From: Porticoccaceae bacterium
GTDB lineage: Bacteria > Pseudomonadota > Gammaproteobacteria > Pseudomonadales > GM7GCV1
DNA length: 56,930 nt
Reading direction: 5' to 3'
Assembly: GCA_018662305.1 (NCBI GenBank)
Contig: JABJGI010000131.1
Location: 1 to 56,930 of the forward strand
Position numbers and translations under genes: made by a program. Shown here in pieces: positions 49,199 through 56,930 of this stretch. Position 1 is the stretch's first letter. Every line of letters begins with the position of its first letter. The notes under the pieces are model-generated. The model worked only from the letters and a program-made list of their open reading frames with translations. It did not search any database and was not told the DNA's origin.

Positions 49199-50109
49199 GC
49201 GGATCAACAAAAAGAACCGAGCAGTCCTCAACTACTGAAAATGGCGAGGAGCAACAACAGACGTTAATCGAGCATTTGCTCGAGTTGCGCACCCGAATTA
49301 TTCGCGCAGGCATCTGCATAATAGTGCTGTTCCTAATGCTCTTTGCCGTTGCAAATCCGCTCTATGAAATTCTTTCCGAGCCACTTCGAGCCATGATGCC
49401 GGAAGGCACCTCGATGATCGCAACCGATGTGGCTTCACCCTTTTTAGCACCACTCAAGTTAGCGCTTATGCTGGCGGTATTTCTGGCGATGCCCTACGTT
49501 TTATATCAGGTTTGGGCCTTTGTTGCCCCCGGCCTATATAAGAACGAAAAAGCGGTGGCCATGCCGATTTTTATCAGCAGTGTCGTCCTATTTTATTGTG
49601 GTATCGCATTTGCTTACTTTGTGGTTTTTCCACTGGTCTTTGGTTTCTTTACCAGCGTGGCACCCGAATCCGTTTCAGTGATGACAGATATCAACAGCTA
49701 TCTCACTTTCGTGATGAAGCTGTTTTTTGCCTTCGGTCTCGCATTTGAAATTCCCGTTGCCACCTTCCTGCTAATTCGTGCGGGCATTGTGAGTGCGAAG
49801 GATTTGGGCGCCAAGCGACCTTATGTGCTGATCTTCTGTTTTGTTATCGGCATGTTTATGACGCCGCCGGACATCTTTTCTCAAACACTGCTTGCCTTCC
49901 CAATGTATGCCCTGTTTGAACTGGGTCTGCTGTTCAGTAAGATTTTTGTGCCAGTGCAGGAAGAGAACGAAGAAAAAGAAGAAGCTGGGGAAGCTGAAGA
50001 GTCGGGAGGAAGCTCAAAAGGCGATAAGGTTTATGAAACCGATGCTGAGCGAGTTGCCAGGCTAGAAGAGGAAGACGCCTGGATTCCGAACAAAGACAAT
50101 CAGAGCTAG
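49195..50109 (+). CDS. tatC: Tat translocase subunit C
   Basis: HLLELR, APGLY..E and TPPD motifs; acidic C-terminal tail. Confidence 0.97.
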   Translation: MSGSTKRTEQSSTTENGEEQQQTLIEHLLELRTRIIRAGICIIVLFLMLFAVANPLYEILSEPLRAMMPEGTSMIATDVASPFLAPLKLALMLAVFLAMPYVLYQVWAFVAPGLYKNEKAVAMPIFISSVVLFYCGIAFAYFVVFPLVFGFFTSVAPESVSVMTDINSYLTFVMKLFFAFGLAFEIPVATFLLIRAGIVSAKDLGAKRPYVLIFCFVIGMFMTPPDIFSQTLLAFPMYALFELGLLFSKIFVPVQEENEEKEEAGEAEESGGSSKGDKVYETDAERVARLEEEDAWIPNKDNQS

Positions 50110-50324
50110 TAGTGAGGCGGCTTTTCTTGACCGGCGGTGGCTCCGTCTGGGGTTTGATCCGCTAATTCCTCGTACTGTTCGCTGAGCTGCTCTAGCTTCT
50201 GCTCAAGAGCATCCATGCGTAACTGTTGTTTATAGAGTGCATCATTCATTTTTTCCAACTCATCCTCCTGAAACGCGAGTTTTGACTGCAAGTCGGCAAT
50301 ATCTTCTGGTTTGAGCTGAGTCAA
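50106..50324 (-). CDS. slyX: SlyX family protein
   Basis: L...LAFQE coiled coil; C-terminal EKPPHY. Confidence 0.92.
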   Translation of the reverse strand: MTQLKPEDIADLQSKLAFQEDELEKMNDALYKQQLRMDALEQKLEQLSEQYEELADQTPDGATAGQEKPPHY

Positions 50325-50435
50325 TTGGATGGCCTTAATGGTTGGAGCGAATAGAGTGAAATGATCTAGTGGAGTATTCTATTCCATCCAAAAGGAATTA
50401 GAAGACACTGGCGCGATTACTCGATCTGAATATCC

Positions 50436-51314
50436 ATGAAGTTTTTCAATTCAAAATCAAAACCAAAGTTGGCCGAAACTAAAATAGGCTTAGCGCTCGG
50501 CGGTGGCGGCGCCAGAGGCTTTAGCCATATCCCTATACTGCAAACTCTGGATGATCTCGGGGTAAAGCCCGCACACATTTCTGGTACTAGTATGGGGGCC
50601 ATTATCGGCGCCATTTATGCTGCCGGGAAAACTCCGCAGGACATTCGTGACATTGTCGACAGCATGGTTATCTATAAAGGTGAAGGCCTGAAGGATATTT
50701 TGCAAAAACGCGGTTTGCGCAAATGGTTTGAGCTCATCGACCCCAATTTTTTTAAGAAGGGTGGGGTAATCAAGGGCGACAAAATCCTTGAATTTCTGCG
50801 CGAAATTATTGGTGTCGAAACCTTTGAAGAACTTCAAATTCCGCTGACTATTGTCGCCACGGACTTTCATACTGGTGAAGAAGTGGTATTTGAGTCGGGG
50901 CCACTGATGCCCGCAGTTCGTGCCAGCATGTCATTGCCCGGATTGTTTGAACCAGTCAGGCATGAGGGCCGCATGTTAATCGATGGTGGCGTGGTTAATC
51001 CGGTACCTCACGACCTGCTACTGGATATGGAATTTGTAATTGCAGTAGATGTCAGCGACTTACCTCAGGCGACGGGGCAAGTGCCCGGAGTAACGGATGC
51101 GCTTATGGGCGCGGTGGAAATAATGGGGCGGCAAATAGGAAGCACGCGCAGAGCCAGCAATCCTCCGGATATTTTTCTTCGTCCCGAATTTGGTGGAATA
51201 GAAATGACTGACTTCCATAAAGCGGAAAAGATTTTTGCTGATGCTGAGCCGATTTGTGAACGGCTTAGAGAAGAGTTCTCCGAGAAATTTGGGATCGAGA
51301 CTAGGGAATGTTGA
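50436..51314 (+). CDS. Patatin-like phospholipase
   Basis: GGGGARG, GTSMG and DGG motifs. Confidence 0.92.
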   Translation: MKFFNSKSKPKLAETKIGLALGGGGARGFSHIPILQTLDDLGVKPAHISGTSMGAIIGAIYAAGKTPQDIRDIVDSMVIYKGEGLKDILQKRGLRKWFELIDPNFFKKGGVIKGDKILEFLREIIGVETFEELQIPLTIVATDFHTGEEVVFESGPLMPAVRASMSLPGLFEPVRHEGRMLIDGGVVNPVPHDLLLDMEFVIAVDVSDLPQATGQVPGVTDALMGAVEIMGRQIGSTRRASNPPDIFLRPEFGGIEMTDFHKAEKIFADAEPICERLREEFSEKFGIETREC

Positions 51315-51341
51315 CACACAAATTAACCGACTCCTGAAAAC

Positions 51342-51758
51342 ATGACCATCGAATACAAAATCAATGAACCCATCAGCGCCGATCAGTTTCTCGATTTGTT
51401 AGAAAGCTCAACTTTGGCAGAACGGCGCCCAGTTGAAGACAGGCAATGTCTGGAAGGTATGATTGCTAACAGCAATCTTGTTGTGAGTGCCTGGGTTGGT
51501 GGTGAGTTAGTAGGGATCGCGCGAAGCCTGACAGACTTTCACTATGCCTGTTATCTCTCCGATCTGGCTGTCAGCAAAAGTCATCAGAATGTTGGCATTG
51601 GCAAGAAGCTGCAGGCCATCACCCAAGAGCAGCTTGGTCCACGCTGTAAGCTGATATTGATAGCCGCGCCAGACGCAAACCACTACTACGAGAAAATTGG
51701 ATTTAGCAGTAATCCGCGTTGCTGGGTGCTTGAACCGGATTCAACTATTCGGCAATAG
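51342..51758 (+). CDS. GNAT family N-acetyltransferase
   Basis: LAV...HQNVGIGK acetyl-CoA motif; YYEKIGF. Confidence 0.9.
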   Translation: MTIEYKINEPISADQFLDLLESSTLAERRPVEDRQCLEGMIANSNLVVSAWVGGELVGIARSLTDFHYACYLSDLAVSKSHQNVGIGKKLQAITQEQLGPRCKLILIAAPDANHYYEKIGFSSNPRCWVLEPDSTIRQ

Positions 51759-51767
51759 CACAAGTCT

Positions 51768-51968
51768 TCAGTCTTCGAGCACTTCCTGTCTCTGTCGCTC
51801 GTACTCTTCGTAATCTGTATCGATTCTGGCAAAGCACTGTTCCTGCTGGCCGGGAGGCTGCATCCGGCATTCTTCTTCCTGATTGGCTTGAATGCTGTTG
51901 TAGAGGCTTTGGTTACTGCATCCCACTAACAGGAGTGGAGCGAGCAGACTGACAGAGGCTATCTTCAT
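51768..51968 (-). CDS. Small lipoprotein of unknown function
   Basis: Lipobox LLVGC; GAG RBS; two additional Cys. Confidence 0.75.
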   Translation of the reverse strand: MKIASVSLLAPLLLVGCSNQSLYNSIQANQEEECRMQPPGQQEQCFARIDTDYEEYERQRQEVLED

Positions 51969-52066
51969 TGAATACTCGTATTTCTATGGCATCGGGCTTT
52001 AGGATTCTATTGCTGCGATTTGGTTCCCCTATTCTTTGCGGCAAAGTATTCGGGCTGAGTCTCGGG

Positions 52067-52999
52067 CTAAAACTTTGGGAGGGAGGTCACCAGACTTTCG
52101 AGGTTTTGCGTGGCAATAATTTCGATATCGGCAGTTGAGGTTTCAAAGGTATTGAGCACCACCAGTTGGCTGCCCGCAGCCGCAATAGCAGCCTGAATTT
52201 CATCGGAAGGTTCCCACTTATGGATTACCACAGATACTCCGGTATCTGTCAGTACAGCGGTGAGATTTTGGAGATCATCTTCAGTCCAGTGAATGTCCTG
52301 TTTTACAAAGTAACCTTCAACGTAAATACCAAACTCGGTGGTGAGGTAGGCAAATTCATCCGCCAGAGCGTAGATATAGGAATCTGTCTGGGCCAGGGCT
52401 AATTCGTAATCGCGCTTTGCTGCAAGAATGTTTGAAGACAGATTTTGCTCGTTAGTGCGAATGAGTTCAGCATCATTTGGAAAGAGTCGAACCAGGTCGT
52501 TGGAGATATTTTTTGCCGAGCGAATAATATTCGCGGGGCTCAGCCAGAAGTAGGGTGAAGCTTCTCCAGTGGATGGCGAGTTAACCACCGAAACGCCGGT
52601 TAACTCTGAGGAATAGGGCAGTGTGGCGTCGATATTTACTATGCTTATATTTTGTTCGCGCACTGATAGAAAGAGAGGATCGTATGGCCACAGATTGCCC
52701 ATGCTGACCACGGCAGTGGCATTGGCAAAGAGGTCGTAAGAAGATTCGGCTTGTCGTGCAAACCAGCTAGGCTGCGCCGCCATGGAGCGAGCCCGCTCCG
52801 GCACATTGATGACTTCTACATCTGTGTTTTCCAGCAATGCCTGGGTGATACTAAAGACAGGACCCACTGAGGTGAGCACGCTCTTCGTTGGCTCAGATAT
52901 TGATACTGACAGAGCAGAATTTGATTCTTCAAGACTGCCGCAGGCGCCCAGCAGTACCAGAGTTATTAGGCAGCCTGCTCGTCGCAGCTGGTTGATCAA
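52067..52999 (-). CDS. fpvF: FpvF-like periplasmic binding protein (ZnuA fold, lipoprotein)
   Basis: Lipobox LLGAC; W..DPL....R..NI.IV.IDA..P segment as I recall it for FpvF; lacks the His set seen in the other binding protein. Confidence 0.65.
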   Translation of the reverse strand: MINQLRRAGCLITLVLLGACGSLEESNSALSVSISEPTKSVLTSVGPVFSITQALLENTDVEVINVPERARSMAAQPSWFARQAESSYDLFANATAVVSMGNLWPYDPLFLSVREQNISIVNIDATLPYSSELTGVSVVNSPSTGEASPYFWLSPANIIRSAKNISNDLVRLFPNDAELIRTNEQNLSSNILAAKRDYELALAQTDSYIYALADEFAYLTTEFGIYVEGYFVKQDIHWTEDDLQNLTAVLTDTGVSVVIHKWEPSDEIQAAIAAAGSQLVVLNTFETSTADIEIIATQNLESLVTSLPKF

Positions 53000-53898
53000 A
53001 TTCGAGCCTCTTTAAACTGAGGCATAAAGCCACGCATCAGACTGGTGATCAGGAAGAAGCAGGCTGCCGAAAGAATAATGGCTCCGCCCGATGGGATGGG
53101 AATATCAAATTGCATGGGAATAATGATGCCCATCAGACAGCTCGATACAGAAAAGATCACACTCCAGAGCATAAAACCGCCCAGAGAACGGTTTAGGTTC
53201 CTGGCTGCGGCTGCTGGTATTAGCAGCAGAGCTTCCACCAGTACCGCACCTATGATTTTTACGCAGGCCACAGTGACCAGGGTAATCATCAGAACAAAAA
53301 TATATTCCATCAGCTGAACTCGTACCCCTCGAACATGTGCAAGAGCGGGGTTGAGGCTGGAAAGTAGCATGCGGTTGAAAAGCCAGTAGCCGGTTCCCAC
53401 CACTAATACCGAGACGACAAATAGCACTGCGATATCGGTCTGGTTCACGGTCAGAATCGAACCAAAAAGAATGCTCTCAAGAATATGGGTATTAACTCTG
53501 GCAGAAATGAAGAGCAGTAGTGAAGCGCCCATGGCTAGCGAGATGGAAAGGAACACACCGATCAAGGTATCCGAAGACATCTTGGTGTGATTGCGGGTGA
53601 AGTTCAGCAGCAAGGCGAAGAGGATGCAGAAGGAAAACATGGAGACATAGGGCGAGGTGTAGGATTCACCAATCAACACCCCAATAGCGACGCCGGTCAA
53701 TGCGGCATTGCCCACGGCTTGGGAGAAGAAGGCCATACGTTTGGCAACTACCATAGTACCCAGAGCGCCGAGCACGGGCCCGATGATTAAGGCACAGAGA
53801 ATGGCATTGATCACAAACTCGTAATAGAGCGCGAAGGGCAATTTGCCCGCCGACACCATGGCCTGAACTTCTTGCTGCAAGAACTCTAATCCAAACAT
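52996..53898 (-). CDS. fpvE: Metal ABC transporter permease (FpvE-like)
   Basis: KRMAFFS.AVG.AALTG, ILFGS.L and LLLIPAAAAR motifs; ZnuB family. Confidence 0.8.
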   Translation of the reverse strand: MFGLEFLQQEVQAMVSAGKLPFALYYEFVINAILCALIIGPVLGALGTMVVAKRMAFFSQAVGNAALTGVAIGVLIGESYTSPYVSMFSFCILFALLLNFTRNHTKMSSDTLIGVFLSISLAMGASLLLFISARVNTHILESILFGSILTVNQTDIAVLFVVSVLVVGTGYWLFNRMLLSSLNPALAHVRGVRVQLMEYIFVLMITLVTVACVKIIGAVLVEALLLIPAAAARNLNRSLGGFMLWSVIFSVSSCLMGIIIPMQFDIPIPSGGAIILSAACFFLITSLMRGFMPQFKEARI

Positions 53899-54671
53899 CA
53901 GGAAGCTCCCTCCACTGCTGTTTCTTCTATTAAATCAGTGGAAGAATCAGTGGAAGAATCGGTGAGCTCCGACTTAGCGCGGAAATTCCCGCGCATCATA
54001 GGTTCAGTTAGAACTTCAGATGTGAGCCCGCTAACCACTGTTGTTGTATCAATGACTGTCATCTTGTCAGAGGCACGCTTAACTTGGGTCATATCGTGGT
54101 TGACCCAGAGCAGGGTTTTGTCGTTTGCCGAAAGTTCCTGTATCAGGCCTTCAAATATTTCCATGCCCGCCTCGTCGAGACTGGTCATGGGTTCGTCTAG
54201 CACAACCAGAGAGGGCTCTGGCACCAAAGCCTGAGCGAAGAGCAGACGCTGACGTTCGCCGCCGGATAGGTTGCCAATCATGGTCTTTTCTTTGTCGACA
54301 AGCTGTACGCGGTTCAAGGCTTTTTCGATACTCTCTTTGTAAGCTTTACGCAGCCCGAAGAATGCCGGCGTTTGCTGGCATACCATGGACATAAAGTTTT
54401 TTACGGTAACGGGAAGAGTTTTGTCGAAGTCGAGAAATTGCGGCACGTAGCCAATAGTGCGCGTCTGGTCGTCCGGAGCCCATTCAAATCGGATATCGCC
54501 GCTATGAGGCATTTGTCCCAAGATACAGCGCAGGGTAGAGGTTTTGCCCCCGCCGTTGGGCCCTACAATGCATTGAACCTGCCCAGGTTCTGCTGTGAGA
54601 TTGATGTTCTTGAGAATCTCGACGTTCCCGAGAGACAGGCTCAGGTTCGTTACTTGAATCTTAGGCCCCAT
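53898..54671 (-). CDS. fpvD: Metal ABC transporter ATPase (FpvD-like)
   Basis: GPNGGGKT, LSGGERQR and LDEP motifs. Confidence 0.8.
   Translation of the reverse strand: MGPKIQVTNLSLSLGNVEILKNINLTAEPGQVQCIVGPNGGGKTSTLRCILGQMPHSGDIRFEWAPDDQTRTIGYVPQFLDFDKTLPVTVKNFMSMVCQQTPAFFGLRKAYKESIEKALNRVQLVDKEKTMIGNLSGGERQRLLFAQALVPEPSLVVLDEPMTSLDEAGMEIFEGLIQELSANDKTLLWVNHDMTQVKRASDKMTVIDTTTVVSGLTSEVLTEPMMRGNFRAKSELTDSSTDSSTDLIEETAVEGAS
53933..53964. repeat. In-frame 12-bp tandem repeat in the ATPase tail
   Basis: AATCAGTGGAAG twice plus AATCGGTG; encodes TDSSTDSSTD. Confidence 0.8.
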
Positions 54672-55579
54672 TAGATGTCCTGTTGTTGATCAAAAGAGGC
54701 GCTAAATTCTAAAGCGCGTATGAGTTCTTCGATATTTTTGCGCATATCTTCTTCGAAGTGATCGGCTGAGTATTCGCCATCGGAAATATGCGAGAAGGAA
54801 AAAATCTTAACCTCTGTTTCGTTTTCGATGGTGTCTGCTAATTTGCTGGCAAAGTATTGTTCAGCAAAGAGCACGTTGACACCGCTCGAGTTAATCTCGT
54901 CGATGGTTTCCGCCAACTGCCGGGCGGTGGGTTCAACACCATGGCGGGGTTCCACCACAGCGGAAATCTGCAGGCCAAATTCCTGCATCAGATATCCGTA
55001 GGCGCCATGCATGGTGGCCGCTCGAAAGTTGCTTGAATCCAGATCGGCAACCGAAGACATATAATCTGCCTTAATACGCCGTAAGTGAGTTGCGTATTGG
55101 CGGGCGTTGGATCGATAGAAAGCCGCGTTATCTGGGTCGAGATCTCCCAAGCGTCGTGCGATTTCATAAATCTGTGCAATGGCCGCCGTAGTTGAGATAA
55201 AGGTATGAGCGTTCACCGACTGGTCTTTACCTGAAACCGGCATCAGAGCTACTGAGTCGTTTGCGTAGATCTTTGGCAGGTCGTCGTCTCGTCCAGCCGC
55301 CTGAAGAATCTCAAAGGCCCATTCATCGTGGCCTATGCCATTCAGCACCACGACATCGAGTTCAATGGCGCGCTGCATATCGGCGGCCTGTGGTGAATAT
55401 CCGTGTGGGTTGTAGCCAGCTTCAATCAGAGGTGTCACCTCTGCCCTATCTTGAACAATGTTGGCAACAAAGCTGAAATAGGGGTGAAGGGTGACACCAA
55501 TATTGAGACGTGCATGAGCCAAGGCAGGAAGGGCCAAAGCTACTAAAGTCAGAAGTGTGATAAAGGTCTTTTTATACAT
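54671..55579 (-). CDS. fpvC: Metal-binding periplasmic protein (FpvC-like)
   Basis: ATG 55579 after AAGAAAGG; IGVTLHPY, NPHGY, GIGHD, NAHTF, HGAY, EPRHG and SHIS His-rich motifs as I recall them for P. aeruginosa FpvC. Confidence 0.82.
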   Translation of the reverse strand: MYKKTFITLLTLVALALPALAHARLNIGVTLHPYFSFVANIVQDRAEVTPLIEAGYNPHGYSPQAADMQRAIELDVVVLNGIGHDEWAFEILQAAGRDDDLPKIYANDSVALMPVSGKDQSVNAHTFISTTAAIAQIYEIARRLGDLDPDNAAFYRSNARQYATHLRRIKADYMSSVADLDSSNFRAATMHGAYGYLMQEFGLQISAVVEPRHGVEPTARQLAETIDEINSSGVNVLFAEQYFASKLADTIENETEVKIFSFSHISDGEYSADHFEEDMRKNIEELIRALEFSASFDQQQDI

Positions 55580-55595
55580 GCCTTTCTTGTCCCAA

Positions 55596-56216
55596 TTAAA
55601 TATCACTGCCCTTGAGGCGCTCAAGTTCATCGCGCCCGGAATAAGGCACTACGTTCATCCAGCCCTCCAGCACTAAGGACTGAATTTTTGAGGTCTGAGG
55701 CAGCGGCTGGTTTGGGTTATCGTGAATCCAGATGGTGTTGTGGTTGGTCATTGAGTTTCCGGCGTGCAGGTGACCAATCACCAGAATATAAGCGCTCTGA
55801 TCCTCGGCGATCCCGCCATTGCCGTGGTAGAGGGTATAGCCTTGCATTTCGCCCTCTTGTACAACGTCACGATAGGTCCACTGGACGCGACCATTGTTTT
55901 CCCAGAAGGCGTCTTTGTAAAAGGGTGGAACGAAGTAATCTTCTAGATCCAGAATGCCGGGCCATGGGCCGAGCTCATATTGAATCCAGCCGATGTCGTC
56001 TTGGGCGATAAAAAGGGAGTTATATATCGCCTGATCAGTCTCGCTGAGGCCGTCAAAAGAACTGACTTGCCAGGATTGCAAAACCTGCCCTTCACTATCC
56101 TGCCCCATCTTCATTACATAGAAACCGGTTGCGGCCAATAAACCCACAAGGCCGCCAATCAGCAGGAGAGTTTCCCACTTGCTGGAACTCGGTTTTATGA
56201 CTTGTGAATCACTCAC
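55596..56216 (-). CDS. fpvK: FpvK-like (DUF6162-like) membrane-anchored protein
   Basis: QVIKP.....ETL N-terminus plus TM; QAIY..L, WP....L.....PPF and GW..V motifs; directly upstream of fpvC. Confidence 0.6.
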   Translation of the reverse strand: MSDSQVIKPSSSKWETLLLIGGLVGLLAATGFYVMKMGQDSEGQVLQSWQVSSFDGLSETDQAIYNSLFIAQDDIGWIQYELGPWPGILDLEDYFVPPFYKDAFWENNGRVQWTYRDVVQEGEMQGYTLYHGNGGIAEDQSAYILVIGHLHAGNSMTNHNTIWIHDNPNQPLPQTSKIQSLVLEGWMNVVPYSGRDELERLKGSDI

Positions 56217-56929
56217 TGGTTTCTGCCAGCCTCAGTTAAGGGGGCTTCTGTAGCGTAAACCCAAAGAATGGCGTCCTGCGAAAAATACTCTCCTTCCAGG
56301 CTTGTCTCTGGTCCAGTCCCCAGCGCAGCAATTGCCCACCAGCCCGGCGCCGGGATGCCGAAATGGAATTCGCCATTTTCGTTGGCAATCATGGAGATAT
56401 ATTTATAGCTGGGGTGTGAAGGAGCAATAAATGGCTCTTCTCCGAACTGTGCATTTTCGGGATCTACCGCGTAATTAATGTAGTCGATTTCCAAGCGTGC
56501 AAAGGGAACAGGTTCGCCTTCTGATAGCACCACGCCACTGAATGTTTCGCCTACCCAGTTAGCGTAAGGAGTTTTAAGCGGCATGATTTCAGTTGGCAGC
56601 CCAAGAGTGGTGAACCAGTTGCTCTGACCACCACCCACGTTAAGAATAGTTTTTACAAACTGCTGGATATAAAGATTGTCGTTGACGTCAAAGTAGGGCT
56701 CCGTCACAAGTACCAATTGGTGATCACCAATATTGCGAAGCTGGTCTCGCTCAATACTCGCTTTATAGGCCTGCACGCGGTCTTCATTGCCTTCTTCATC
56801 GGTAGAATTTAGCCACTGAACTGGAGTCAGGGTGTCCATCAGATCCCTTTCTTCCATTGAAATGTAGCGTCCCGAATAGTTGCTGAAGGACTGCACTTCC
56901 ATCGGCATAGTTGGTCCACCGTCGGTGGC
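56213..56929 (-). CDS. DUF4198 family periplasmic protein; 5'-truncated by the window
   Basis: Frame stays open to the window edge (ATDGGPTM...); EPY...YIQQ..K, EI.PL..PY and G.F.FGIP..GWWA.AAL motifs. Confidence 0.72.
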   Translation of the reverse strand, partial: ATDGGPTMPMEVQSFSNYSGRYISMEERDLMDTLTPVQWLNSTDEEGNEDRVQAYKASIERDQLRNIGDHQLVLVTEPYFDVNDNLYIQQFVKTILNVGGGQSNWFTTLGLPTEIMPLKTPYANWVGETFSGVVLSEGEPVPFARLEIDYINYAVDPENAQFGEEPFIAPSHPSYKYISMIANENGEFHFGIPAPGWWAIAALGTGPETSLEGEYFSQDAILWVYATEAPLTEAGRNQ

Positions 56930-56930
56930 G

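Noticed and set aside
53933-53964. 12-bp tandem repeat as a phase-variation site
   Set aside because: It is in frame and in a disordered tail, so copy-number change would not switch expression.

Overview
A gene-dense, mostly housekeeping window from a gammaproteobacterium. Gene order is Pseudomonadales/Cellvibrionales-like, and a marine lineage is my inference. In order: the end of a TSP3-repeat gene and a secreted protein; a complete caa3-type cytochrome c oxidase and assembly cluster; polA; engB; cytochrome c4; two tandem dsbA paralogs; argS; acetoacetyl-CoA synthetase and thiolase; a Kef K+ efflux gene; a CHASE2 Ser/Thr kinase (frameshifted by a 5-bp duplication), PP2C phosphatase and FHA protein; cca; aroB-aroK-pilQPONM; ponA; rpmE; priA; a SPOR protein; hslVU; ubiEJB; hisIE; tatABC; slyX; and a DUF4198-fpvK-fpvCDEF-like metal/siderophore ABC operon. 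I saw no tRNA, rRNA, CRISPR array or transposase. The most striking non-coding signal is the 430-bp polA-engB gap, where Pseudomonas has ErsA and enterics have Spot 42. It holds two head-to-tail sRNA-like units, each with a GAACTT-N16-(A/T)CCAA sigmaE promoter, a CU-rich anti-Shine-Dalgarno-like seed and its own terminator. A third, ~105-nt rod-like structure follows them. All calls come from reading the sequence and recalled family knowledge; no searches were run.
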